The position numbers and the translations under genes are program-made. 59,323 nucleotides of DNA from an uncultured bacterium (lineage in GTDB: Bacteria > Gemmatimonadota > Gemmatimonadetes > Gemmatimonadales > GWC2-71-9). This document shows, piece after piece, positions 24,753 to 33,604 of the stretch (position 1 is the stretch's first letter; the number at the start of each line of letters is the position of its first letter). The stretch spans positions 1 through 59,323 of the forward strand of contig CBFHAJ010000002.1 of assembly GCA_965653495.1 (NCBI GenBank), in the 5' to 3' direction. The notes under the pieces are model-generated. The model had not been told where the DNA came from. It worked only from the letters and a program-made list of their open reading frames with translations, and did not search any database.

Positions 24753-26111
24753 ATGAGCCCCACGCTGATGTACGTCGCCTTCGCGGCCTTACTGCTCGTC
24801 CTGATGACGTCGCACGTGCGGCGCATGCACCGGAAGGAGGCCGCGGCCAGGGTGGCCGCCGAGCGCGGCAAGCTGTTCTCGGAGGGCCCCCGTGCGCAAC
24901 ACCCGCACATCGACGCGACCGCCTGCATCGGCTGCGGCGCGTGCGTGGAGGTGTGCCCGGAAGGCGACGTGCTGGCCGTGATCGCCGGAAAGGCAGCGAT
25001 CGTCAACGGTCACAAGTGCATCGGACACGGGCTGTGCGCCGAGGCGTGCCCCGTGGGCGCCATCACCATCGTGATGGCGAGTCCCAGCGTCGGTGCCGAC
25101 ATGCCGGCGCTCACCCCGCAGTACGAGACCAACGTCCCGAACCTCTTCATCGTGGGAGAGCTGGGCGGGCTCGCCCTCATCAAGAACGCGGTCAACCAGG
25201 GGCGGGACTGCGTCGACACGATCACGGCACGGCTGCCACAGATCAAGCGTGGCCGGACCACGCCGGGCGTGCACGACATCTGCGTCGTTGGCGCGGGGCC
25301 TGGCGGGATCAGTGCGTCGCTCCGCGCCATCGAGCGCAAGCTCAGTTACCTCACGCTCGAGCAGGACGCGTTCGGCGGCACCGTCGCGAAGTACCCGCGC
25401 CAAAAGCTCGTGCTGACGAGCCCGGTAGAGTTTCCGCTCTACGGTAGGTTCGGCAAGCTCAAGATCTCCAAAGAGGAGCTGCTGCGGTTCTGGCAGAAGC
25501 TCCACGGACGCGCCGGGCTGCGCGTCAACACCAATGAAAGGGTCGAGGACATCCAACGCGCGCCGGACGGTGTGTTCACGGTGCGCACCCCCAAGGGGAA
25601 CTATCGCGCCTGGACGGTGATTCTCGCGCTCGGCCGCCGCGGCACGCCGCGCAAGCTCGGCATCCCGGGGGAGGAGCTCCCCAAGGTGATGTACAGCCTC
25701 ATCGAAGCCGACGCCTATACGGGGGCGAAGATCCTCGTCGTCGGCGGCGGCGACAGCGCCGTCGAGGCGGCGATGGGCCTGGCTCACCAGAAGGGAAACC
25801 AGGTGACGCTCTCCTATCGCCGCGAGGCGTTCAGCCGCATCAAGGAGCGGAACGCCACGCGCTTGCCCGACTACATCAAGGCGGGGAGGCTGCATGTGGT
25901 GTTCAACTCACAGCCGGTGGAGATCCGAGAGCAGTCAGTGATCCTCGACATGGCGGGCCAGGTCCGCGAACTCCCCAACGACTACGTCTGGGTGTTCGCC
26001 GGTGGCACGCCCCCCAACGAGTTCCTCGAGAAGGTGGGCGTCCGCCTCGGGCAGCGGGACCTGACGGGTGAGGGCAGCGCGGAGGCGAAGCTCGCACGCC
26101 AGATGGCCTGA
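24753..26111 (+). CDS. Membrane-anchored ferredoxin-domain + FAD/NAD(P)-dependent oxidoreductase
   Basis: Trimmed to the ATG at 24753 (AAGGAA upstream). N-terminal TM helix LMYVAFAALLLVLMTSHV. Fe-S motifs CIGCGACVEVCPEG and CIGHGLCAEACPVG. Dinucleotide folds VVGAGPGGISAS and LVVGGGDSAVEAA. Confidence 0.8.
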   Translation: MSPTLMYVAFAALLLVLMTSHVRRMHRKEAAARVAAERGKLFSEGPRAQHPHIDATACIGCGACVEVCPEGDVLAVIAGKAAIVNGHKCIGHGLCAEACPVGAITIVMASPSVGADMPALTPQYETNVPNLFIVGELGGLALIKNAVNQGRDCVDTITARLPQIKRGRTTPGVHDICVVGAGPGGISASLRAIERKLSYLTLEQDAFGGTVAKYPRQKLVLTSPVEFPLYGRFGKLKISKEELLRFWQKLHGRAGLRVNTNERVEDIQRAPDGVFTVRTPKGNYRAWTVILALGRRGTPRKLGIPGEELPKVMYSLIEADAYTGAKILVVGGGDSAVEAAMGLAHQKGNQVTLSYRREAFSRIKERNATRLPDYIKAGRLHVVFNSQPVEIREQSVILDMAGQVRELPNDYVWVFAGGTPPNEFLEKVGVRLGQRDLTGEGSAEAKLARQMA

Positions 26112-26126
26112 GTAAATTGCGGGGCC

Positions 26127-26798
26127 ATGCCTCCCCGCCCCGCCTTCCTCTTCGATCTCGACGGCACCCTGGTCGACAGCGTGTACCAGCACGTGCTCGC
26201 GTGGCATGAGGCGCTCGAGAGCGTGGGGATCGAGCTGTCGGTGTGGCGCATCCACCGCCGCATCGGGATGAGCGGCGGGCTGTTCGTGAATGCGCTGTTC
26301 CGCGAGACGGGGCGCGACCTGCAGCCCGCGCAGGCGGCACAGCTCGCACGCGTCCACGCCGAGTCGTACGCGCGCCAGGTGCACGAGGTGCGCCCCCTCC
26401 CCGGCGCACGCGAGCTGCTCGCCTACCTCACCAAAGCCGGCGTCCCCTGGGCCATCGGGACTTCGGGACGGATAGAGACTGCCCAGCCCACGCTCGATCT
26501 GCTGGACATTCCCGCCGGCGTCCCGATCGTCACGCGCGACCAGGTGGAGCATGCCAAGCCCGACCCCGACCTGTTTCTCGCCGGTGCCCAGCGGCTCGGC
26601 GTCGCGATCGCCGACGCCGTGGTGGTGGGGGACAGCGTGTGGGACCTGCTGGCGGCGCGGCGCGCGCGCGCGCTGGGAGTGGGATTGCTCTCGGGCGGCT
26701 ACGGGGAGGAGGAGCTGGAGCGCGCCGGCGCCTACCGTGTCTACCAGGATCCCGCCGACATGCTGAGCCACCTCGACGAAATCGGCGTCCGGTCCTAG
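26127..26798 (+). CDS. HAD-superfamily hydrolase (phosphoglycolate-phosphatase-like subfamily IA)
   Basis: Motifs FLFDLDGTLVDS, IGTSG and VVVGDSVWDLLAA. Confidence 0.8.
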   Translation: MPPRPAFLFDLDGTLVDSVYQHVLAWHEALESVGIELSVWRIHRRIGMSGGLFVNALFRETGRDLQPAQAAQLARVHAESYARQVHEVRPLPGARELLAYLTKAGVPWAIGTSGRIETAQPTLDLLDIPAGVPIVTRDQVEHAKPDPDLFLAGAQRLGVAIADAVVVGDSVWDLLAARRARALGVGLLSGGYGEEELERAGAYRVYQDPADMLSHLDEIGVRS

Positions 26799-27922
26799 AA
26801 GTGTTCTTCGGTCTCCCTCGCCGGCAGTTGGACCACCCGGTCCCAGGCGCTCGTCTGCCAGTTGTCCGGTCGCTCGACCTCCCGGATCCACGGCGGCAGC
26901 GACAGCGCCAAGTAGGAGGAAAGCGCGATCACGTACGGCTCGTACATCCGCTGCAGCTCCGCTAGGCGCAGCTCGAAGTCGGGCCGCGCCTGGAGGCGCA
27001 TCCCACCGTTCGCCAGGCGCTCGCGCAGCCGGGTCAACTCGCTCGTCGGCAAGCGGTCGGGAGCCGGGCCGCGGGGGGGAGGCGTATTGAACACCTGCGC
27101 GAGGTCGACCACGGCGTGGCGCGCCATCGCGAACGTCAGCTCCGCCTGGCGCCGGCACCGTCCCTCAAAGCCGACGATGGCCAGGGCACTCGCGTCGAGA
27201 ATGGTGGTGAGCGCGGCGAGCCACGACTCGTTGTAATGCTGCGATCGGAAGTAGCCGAGCAGCGGATATGAGAGATGGCTCTCGAGCACGTCCGCGGCCC
27301 AGCGCTCCCATTCGCGCAACAGCTCCGTGAGCACGGCGCCCTCGGGATCGCCCCGGTGGCGCCACAACAGCTCCGCCGCGGTGGGCGGGGAGCCGGCGCG
27401 GGCGTCGAGCAGTGAGATCGCCACCTCGCGGCGGGAGAACGCCTGATAGATGACGGGGAAGTATCCGATCACGACAGCGAGGAAGGCGAACCCCATGCCG
27501 GCTTCCACCGTTGTGAGCCCCTTGGCGAGCGGCGTGCGGGGGACGACGTCGCCCAAGCCGAGCGTGAAAAAGGTGGTCCCGCTCATGTACAGGTCCGCTC
27601 CGAAGCTGGGCGCACCGCCCGTCATGGTGAGGGCGGAGCCCGCGCCCCACTGCAGCAGCCCGAAGGACAGCACGATCCCCGCGGCCCACAAGGCGAGCAA
27701 CAGGATGAGCGAGAGCGGACCATAGAAGGAGAGGAACGCCTCCCGGCGCCGCCCCGCGAGCCCCTGTGCCGTGGCCCGCCACGGCCTCCAGGTGGAGCGG
27801 TAAAACAGCTTGGTGAGGCGGATCCGGCCGCTCACCCGCCGGGGCAGGATGATCGTCTCGAAGGCATCCCACAGCACCACGGCGACCAAAACCGCTCCGG
27901 CCGCACCGCCGATCCAGCGCAT
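26795..27922 (-). CDS. Two-TM ion channel family protein (K+-channel-like pore, TLGLGD filter) with a C-terminal domain of unknown function
   Basis: The pore region reads LYMSGTTFFTLGLGDVVP, flanked by TM helices. I recognised no RCK domain. Confidence 0.6.
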   Translation of the reverse strand: MRWIGGAAGAVLVAVVLWDAFETIILPRRVSGRIRLTKLFYRSTWRPWRATAQGLAGRRREAFLSFYGPLSLILLLALWAAGIVLSFGLLQWGAGSALTMTGGAPSFGADLYMSGTTFFTLGLGDVVPRTPLAKGLTTVEAGMGFAFLAVVIGYFPVIYQAFSRREVAISLLDARAGSPPTAAELLWRHRGDPEGAVLTELLREWERWAADVLESHLSYPLLGYFRSQHYNESWLAALTTILDASALAIVGFEGRCRRQAELTFAMARHAVVDLAQVFNTPPPRGPAPDRLPTSELTRLRERLANGGMRLQARPDFELRLAELQRMYEPYVIALSSYLALSLPPWIREVERPDNWQTSAWDRVVQLPARETEEHF

Positions 27923-27987
27923 GGCCTTTAAACTGGCCGGCGCCGGGGCCGCTGGCGAGCCTCGCGCGCCGCCCGTAGACTTGCTCC

Positions 27988-29058
27988 GTGAGCTTCGATC
28001 GGGTGAGGCGCAGGTGCGCTGCTGCGCTCACCGCCCTCGCGGGCGTGTGCGGAGCGACGCGCGCGGCCCTAAGCCAGTCGCCGCCGGACTCCGCTCCCGC
28101 GGCCCACGCCCGGTTGTTCGACGCCACCGACCCCCTGCGCCTGTCGCTCTCGGCCGACTTCGGCGCGCTCGGCCACGACCGCGGCAGCAAACACCCGGAC
28201 CATCCTGGTGTGCTGTCGTACGTGACGGCGGCGGGCGACTCGGTGGCGCTCCCGGTCCAGCTGCACACGCGCGGCCATTGGCGACTGGCCGAATGCCAGT
28301 TTCCTCCGCTCAAGGTGGTGTTCGATCGCGAGCAGACCGCGCACACGGTCTTCGCCCATCAGGGGAGCCTCAAGCTCACGGGTCAGTGCCGCGACAACCG
28401 CAGTTACGCCAACTACGTGCAGGAAGAGTATCTCATCTATCGCATGTACAACCTCCTCACCGAGCGGAGCTTTCGCGCGCGGTTCGTGCGACTCACCTAC
28501 GTGGACGCGAAGGGCAAGCACGACCCCGAGACGCGCAACGCGTTCTTCGTGGAAGACGACGACCGCGTGGCGCGCCGCAATGGGTTGCAGGTGGTGCAGC
28601 AGAAGAACCTCAGCCAGGCCGACATGGAGTTTCAGCAGATGGGCCTGGTCGCGATGTTCCAGTACATGATCGGCAACACGGATTGGTCGGTGGCGGCACT
28701 GCACAACATCGTGCTGATGCGCGACTCGATCGGCAACGTGTATCCGGTCCCCTACGACTTCGACTGGTCGGGCGCGATCTGGACGCCGTATGCGCAGCCC
28801 CATCCGGAACTCGGCATCCGCACGGTGCGGGAGCGCACGTTCCGCGGAGTCTGCCGCACGGAGCAGGAGTTGAATACACTGTTCGGGCGGTTCAACGAAC
28901 AGCAGAGTGCGTTCGAGGCGTTGTACCACGGGCCAGAGGCGGAGGGACTCGAGCCGAAGCGTGTCTCGCAGGCGCTCGACTACTACGCCGAGTTCTACAA
29001 GATCATCAACGACCCGGGCCGGGCGCGGCGCGAGTTCGGCAAGAACTGTCTCGGGTGA
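27988..29058 (+). CDS. Secreted hypothetical protein with weak CotH-like motif pattern
   Basis: It has a signal peptide. EEYLIYRMYNLLTERSFRARFVRLTYVD and HNIVLMRD...YPVPYDFDWSG resemble the CotH kinase-fold pattern from memory only. Confidence 0.45.
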   Translation: MSFDRVRRRCAAALTALAGVCGATRAALSQSPPDSAPAAHARLFDATDPLRLSLSADFGALGHDRGSKHPDHPGVLSYVTAAGDSVALPVQLHTRGHWRLAECQFPPLKVVFDREQTAHTVFAHQGSLKLTGQCRDNRSYANYVQEEYLIYRMYNLLTERSFRARFVRLTYVDAKGKHDPETRNAFFVEDDDRVARRNGLQVVQQKNLSQADMEFQQMGLVAMFQYMIGNTDWSVAALHNIVLMRDSIGNVYPVPYDFDWSGAIWTPYAQPHPELGIRTVRERTFRGVCRTEQELNTLFGRFNEQQSAFEALYHGPEAEGLEPKRVSQALDYYAEFYKIINDPGRARREFGKNCLG

Positions 29059-29071
29059 GGCGAAGGTCCGC

Positions 29072-29968
29072 ATGACCGTCGATCCCGTGAATCGATCGCT
29101 GTTCCGGCTGCTGCTGTATTACGGGCTGCTCGTGGCCGGCACGCTGGTGCTCGAGCGCTATTCCCCGGCCGTGCGCGACGCGGTGTCGGTGGAGGTGCCG
29201 GCCGGCGTCACCGCGAAACAGCTCAGAAAGGTGCTCGAAACCGGTGGCGCCGCCGACGAAAACGGCGGCGCGACCGAGCGCGCCGGACCAGCCGCCGTCA
29301 CCGCGCTCGCGATGGGCCGCGCGCTCGCGCTCGTGGTTCCAGTCGCCTGGGTGTACATGCTCACCAAGCGGCGCCAGGGCTACGATCCGTCGGTCGTCCA
29401 GACGATCATCCTGCTGCCGCTCGCCGTCGCAGGGATCGTCGCAGTGGTGCGCAACAGTCTGGCGCTCGCCTTCAGTCTCGCGGGCCTCGCCGCGGCCGTG
29501 CGGTTCCGCAATACGCTCGAGGACACGAAGGACGCCGTCTACATTTTTCTTTCCCTGGCCGTGGGGCTCGCCGCCGGAGTGCAAGCGCTGGCGCTCGGGT
29601 TCGTCGTCTCGGTGATCTTCAACGGGGCCGTGCTCGCCCTGTGGACCTGGAACGTGGGCGATCTGTATGCCGGCGAATCGGGTCCCACGTTCACGCGGGA
29701 GTTCCGCGTACCCGATCCGGAGCGCGAGGACGGGTTGCTGCTGGTGCAGGCGGATGCGATGGCGCAGGACAGCGTGGAGGCCACGCTGCACGAGCACGCG
29801 CGCAGCTGGAAGCTGGTGCAGCGCGCACCCGGCGAGGAGGGCCGCGCGCTGCTCACCTACCTCGTGCGGCTCAAGAAGAAGACGGCGTCCGCCGCGTTGG
29901 TCGGCGCGATCGCGCAGCGCGCCGCGCCGTATGTCGCCACCGCCGACTTCCGGTCGCTTCCAGCCTGA
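29072..29968 (+). CDS. DUF4956 domain-containing membrane protein
   Basis: Trimmed to the ATG at 29072. Multi-TM N-terminal half with VRFRNTLEDTKDAVYIFLSL, then a soluble C-terminal domain. The family call is from memory. Confidence 0.6.
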   Translation: MTVDPVNRSLFRLLLYYGLLVAGTLVLERYSPAVRDAVSVEVPAGVTAKQLRKVLETGGAADENGGATERAGPAAVTALAMGRALALVVPVAWVYMLTKRRQGYDPSVVQTIILLPLAVAGIVAVVRNSLALAFSLAGLAAAVRFRNTLEDTKDAVYIFLSLAVGLAAGVQALALGFVVSVIFNGAVLALWTWNVGDLYAGESGPTFTREFRVPDPEREDGLLLVQADAMAQDSVEATLHEHARSWKLVQRAPGEEGRALLTYLVRLKKKTASAALVGAIAQRAAPYVATADFRSLPA

Positions 29969-32900
29969 GCTTCGCTGGGACGTCGCGAACGCCGCCATCC
30001 TGGCGGAGCTCGCGCGCGCCCCCCTGCCGTTCGGCCTGCGGGCCGGCCCCCCGCGTCGCACGTTCTATCGGGATCTCTACTTCGACACGGCGGCGGGGGA
30101 CCTGCGACGGCGTGGCGTGACCTGCCGCGTGCGCTTCGACCTGGACGACCGCCGGACGCTCGCGCTCGACGTCGGTGGCGCGCGGTACGAAGCCGCCGTG
30201 GCCGGCCTCGAGGCGCAGGAGGTGTTCGGGTCCGACGCCGAGCCGGCGCGGCGGCTGCGAGCCCTGGTCGAGCCCGCGCGCCTCGCGCTCACGCTCGAGC
30301 TCGAGGTCGCGCGGGAGATTCGCGCCGCCCGCGTGCCGCTCGTCCCACTTCCCTTGTTCGACCTCGCCTACGACACGGTGACGGTGCGCGCGGCCGACCC
30401 GGCCTGCGAGTTTTACGAGCTCGTCGCGATGCCGCGACGTGGGTCCCCGATCGGGGCAGCGCCGCTGGCGAGTGCCCTCGAGCGGCGCTACCGGCTCACG
30501 GTCGCGACGCTCGACCGCGCGGCGCGCGCCACAGCGCTCCGGCGAGAGACCCAGGACGCAGAAGCGGCGACCGCTCCCGCGCGTCAGGTCGCCGTGCTAG
30601 GCGTGGCCCACGGCCGCATGGCCTTGTGGCGCCGCGGCGCGACGCTCGAGCTGCCCCTCGAACCCGGCGGGGGCGAGGAAGCGTGCCGCCGGGACATGCG
30701 CCGGCTGTTCGGCTCGGTCGAAGGCGAGACGCGCCTCGTGGGCGTCGTGCGCGCGGTCGACAGCCGTCCGCCCGTGGAGGTGTGGCTCGTGCGGCGCCTG
30801 CGCCGCGACCTCACGGCGGCCCCGCCGAGCGGGCTGCAATGGTTCGCGCCTCAGGACGTGGTGGCGCGGGTCGGGTCGCCGGTGCTGCGGGACCCCACGA
30901 CCCTGTCGGCGCTGGCCGTCGCGGCGCGCTCGGAGCTCGTGCCGGAGTGGTCGGCCGCGCCGCTCGAGCGGGCGGAGCCCGCCGGCGCGACCCGGGGGGG
31001 CGGCACCACGGACGAGACGAGCCGGCTGACGCTGAGCGAGCTGCGGGTACCGACGCTGCCCGCCAAGGCGCTCGATCCGGCGCGGCCGGCCCCCGATCAG
31101 TTCATCAACGCCCTGCTCTCCACCATCGAGTTCAACGCGCGCGTGCTCGAGCTCGCCGAGGATCCGCGCACGCCGCTCCTCGCGCGGCTGCGCTTTCTGG
31201 CGATCGTCAGCACCAACCTCGATCAGTTCTTCATGGTGGAGATCGGCGCGCTGCACCATCAGGTCGCCTCGCGAGACGGAGCGAGCGGCGAGCGCTCGCC
31301 CGATGGACTCACCCCGCCCGAGCAGCTCGATGCCGTAGCGATCCGGCTGCATCCGCTGGTGGCGCGGCAGCATCACTGCTTCCGCGATCTGGTGCAGGGG
31401 CCGCTCCCGGAGCACGGCATCCATATCCGTGAATGGGCGGAGTTGGACGAAACCGACCGCGCCCGGCTGGCACACCGTTTTGCCGGCGAGATCGTTCCGC
31501 TGCTCACGCCCAAAGCCCTGACCCGCGCGCCGGGGCACGCCTTCCCGCACCTCGCCGACCGCCGGGTGAGCCTGGCGGTCATGCTGCGCGACGACGCGAA
31601 CGGACCACCGCATTTCGCCGCCGTGGAGCTGCCCCCATCCCTGCCCCGCTTCCTGGCCACGTCCGGTGGCGGCGCGGTGCCGCTCGAGTCGCTGGTGCGC
31701 GCGCAGCTCGGCGCGCTGTTCCCGGGGCGGGAGGTCGTCGACGCGTACGCGTTCCGCGTGACGCGCAGCGGCGACATCCAGCTCGACGAGCTGGGGGCCG
31801 CGAGCTTCGTGCAGGCGGTGGCCGAGGAGGTACGCCGCCGGCCGTGGGGTCCCGTGGTGCGCCTGGAGGTGGAGCGGGGGATGCCGCCCGAGCTGCGCGA
31901 GCTGCTGCAGCGCGAGCTGCGGTTCGAGGAAAGCGAGCTGGGGAGCGCGCTCGGGCCGTCGGACGTGTACGCCGTCGAGCGACCGGTGCATCTCGGCGCG
32001 CTGAGCGAGCTCGCGGCTGAACGCGCAGACCCGGCGCTCGACTATCCGCCCTTCACGGCGCGTGATCCGTTCGCCAGGGCCCCGTCGGTGTGCGCGGCGC
32101 TCGACCAGGGCGACGTGCTCGTCCATCATCCCTACGACTCCTTCGCGGCTACGTTCGAGCGCTTTATCGTGGAGGCCGCCGACGATGCCGCCGTCGCGGC
32201 GATCAAGTTGACGCTGTACCGGCCGGGCGGACCGTCGGCGCTCGGGGACGCATTGCGGCGCGCCGCCGCCGCGGGCAAAGACGTGTCCGTGTTCGTGGAG
32301 CTCAAGGCGCGGTTCGACGAGGAGCTGAACATCGGCTGGGCGCAGAGCCTCGAGGCGGCCGGCATTCATGTGATGACCGGCCTCGCGGCGCTCAAGACCC
32401 ACGCGAAGATCGCCCTCGTGGTGCGCCGCACCAACGGTCACACCCGGCGCTACGCCCACGTGGGCAGCGGCAACTACAACCCCGACACCGCCAGGCTGTA
32501 CACCGACCTGGGACTGTTCACGGCTGACGAGGAGATCACGGCCGAGTTGCACGCGCTGTTCAACGAGCTCACCGGCTCGTCGCGCGCGCCGCGGGCAGTG
32601 TTCCGGCGGCTGCTCGTCGCGCCCACCAACATGCTGGACCGGTTCCTCGCCCTCATTGCGCGCGAGGCAGAGCACGCGCGCGCCGGCCGCGGCGGGCATA
32701 TCCGCGCCAAGCTCAACGGCCTCGCCGACTGCACCGTGATCGCCGCGCTGTACCGGGCGTCGCAGGCCGGCGTCGACGTGCATCTCGTCGTGCGGGGAGC
32801 GTGCATGCTGCGACCGGGCGTGCCCGGTCTCTCCGACCGGATCACCGTTACGAGCGTGCTGGGCCGCTTCCTCGAGCATGCGCGCATCTATCACTTCGCG

Positions 32901-33125
32901 AATGGCGGCGACCCCGAGTACTACACGGGCTCGGCCGACTGGCGACCGCGCAACCTGCGCCGCCGCATCGAGGTGGTCACGCCGGTTCGCGACCCCGCGG
33001 CGCGGGCGCGGCTCGACCAGATCCTCGACCGCGAGCTCGCCGACCCTGGCGCGTGGTCGCTGCGCTCCGACGGCTCCTACCTGCGCAGAGGCCCTCCCTT
33101 GTCCCCTCCTCCTCTTCCCGTGTAG
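29931..33125 (+). CDS. ppk: Polyphosphate kinase 1 with an approximately 385-aa N-terminal extension (CYTH/triphosphate-tunnel-like domain plus an unassigned domain)
   Basis: The PPK1 part starts at about 31092: STIEFNARVLELAEDPRTPLLARLRFLAIVSTNLDQFFMV, catalytic LKTHAKIALVVRR, and C2 GSADWRPRNLRRRIEV. The N-terminus has YFDTAAGDLRRRGVTCRVRF and CEFYELV, which are CYTH-like. The start ATG 29931 is tentative and would overlap the DUF4956 gene by 38 nt. Confidence 0.8.
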   Translation: MSPPPTSGRFQPELRWDVANAAILAELARAPLPFGLRAGPPRRTFYRDLYFDTAAGDLRRRGVTCRVRFDLDDRRTLALDVGGARYEAAVAGLEAQEVFGSDAEPARRLRALVEPARLALTLELEVAREIRAARVPLVPLPLFDLAYDTVTVRAADPACEFYELVAMPRRGSPIGAAPLASALERRYRLTVATLDRAARATALRRETQDAEAATAPARQVAVLGVAHGRMALWRRGATLELPLEPGGGEEACRRDMRRLFGSVEGETRLVGVVRAVDSRPPVEVWLVRRLRRDLTAAPPSGLQWFAPQDVVARVGSPVLRDPTTLSALAVAARSELVPEWSAAPLERAEPAGATRGGGTTDETSRLTLSELRVPTLPAKALDPARPAPDQFINALLSTIEFNARVLELAEDPRTPLLARLRFLAIVSTNLDQFFMVEIGALHHQVASRDGASGERSPDGLTPPEQLDAVAIRLHPLVARQHHCFRDLVQGPLPEHGIHIREWAELDETDRARLAHRFAGEIVPLLTPKALTRAPGHAFPHLADRRVSLAVMLRDDANGPPHFAAVELPPSLPRFLATSGGGAVPLESLVRAQLGALFPGREVVDAYAFRVTRSGDIQLDELGAASFVQAVAEEVRRRPWGPVVRLEVERGMPPELRELLQRELRFEESELGSALGPSDVYAVERPVHLGALSELAAERADPALDYPPFTARDPFARAPSVCAALDQGDVLVHHPYDSFAATFERFIVEAADDAAVAAIKLTLYRPGGPSALGDALRRAAAAGKDVSVFVELKARFDEELNIGWAQSLEAAGIHVMTGLAALKTHAKIALVVRRTNGHTRRYAHVGSGNYNPDTARLYTDLGLFTADEEITAELHALFNELTGSSRAPRAVFRRLLVAPTNMLDRFLALIAREAEHARAGRGGHIRAKLNGLADCTVIAALYRASQAGVDVHLVVRGACMLRPGVPGLSDRITVTSVLGRFLEHARIYHFANGGDPEYYTGSADWRPRNLRRRIEVVTPVRDPAARARLDQILDRELADPGAWSLRSDGSYLRRGPPLSPPPLPV

Positions 33126-33604
33126 CGCATTTCGTTCGTCGGCTCGAACCCCAGCTTCTCGTACAGCGGGCGTCCCTCGTCCGACGCGTGCAGCACCACG
33201 CTCTCGACGCCGTTGGAGCGGCACCACTCGAGCAGCTCCCGCATCAGCGCGGCAGCCACGCCGCGCCGGCGCCATGGGCGCTCGGTGAACACGTTGAGGA
33301 TCAGTCCCTGGGCGCCGCGGACCAGCCGGTCGCCACCGGGCAGCGGCCGGGGCAGGAGCTCCCGCAGCTGTAACACGGCACCGCCCACGATCTCGCGCGC
33401 GCTATCCGCCGGCCCGGCCTCGGCGACCCAGGCGACCGCGCGTCCATCGGTGAGCGCCGCCGCGAAATACGAGCGCGAGGCTCCGACCAACTGGTCGTAC
33501 AGCCCGGCGGGCAACTGACCCATGTCGCGGAACATCTCCGCCCGATGGCGCGCGAGAGGCCCTGCGTCGGCGGCAGTGGCCCTGCGAACCGTGTAGCCAG
33601 CCAC
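33077..33604 (-). CDS. GNAT-family N-acetyltransferase
   Basis: Acetyl-CoA motif WRRRGVAAALMRELLEWC and YEKLGFE. There is a 49-nt convergent overlap with ppk. Confidence 0.8.
   Translation of the reverse strand: MAGYTVRRATAADAGPLARHRAEMFRDMGQLPAGLYDQLVGASRSYFAAALTDGRAVAWVAEAGPADSAREIVGGAVLQLRELLPRPLPGGDRLVRGAQGLILNVFTERPWRRRGVAAALMRELLEWCRSNGVESVVLHASDEGRPLYEKLGFEPTNEMRYTGRGGGDKGGPLRR

Noticed and set aside
33077-33125. 49-nt convergent overlap of ppk and GNAT (and the 23-nt overlap at 52534-52556)
   Set aside because: Convergent 3' overlaps of this size are common in compact GC-rich genomes. The tails are low-complexity, so stop positions may simply drift, and there is no evidence of function.
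30597-33275. 892-aa minus-strand ORF
   Set aside because: It is antisense to the PPK1 gene and has an Arg/Gly/His-rich low-complexity translation. It is a shadow ORF.
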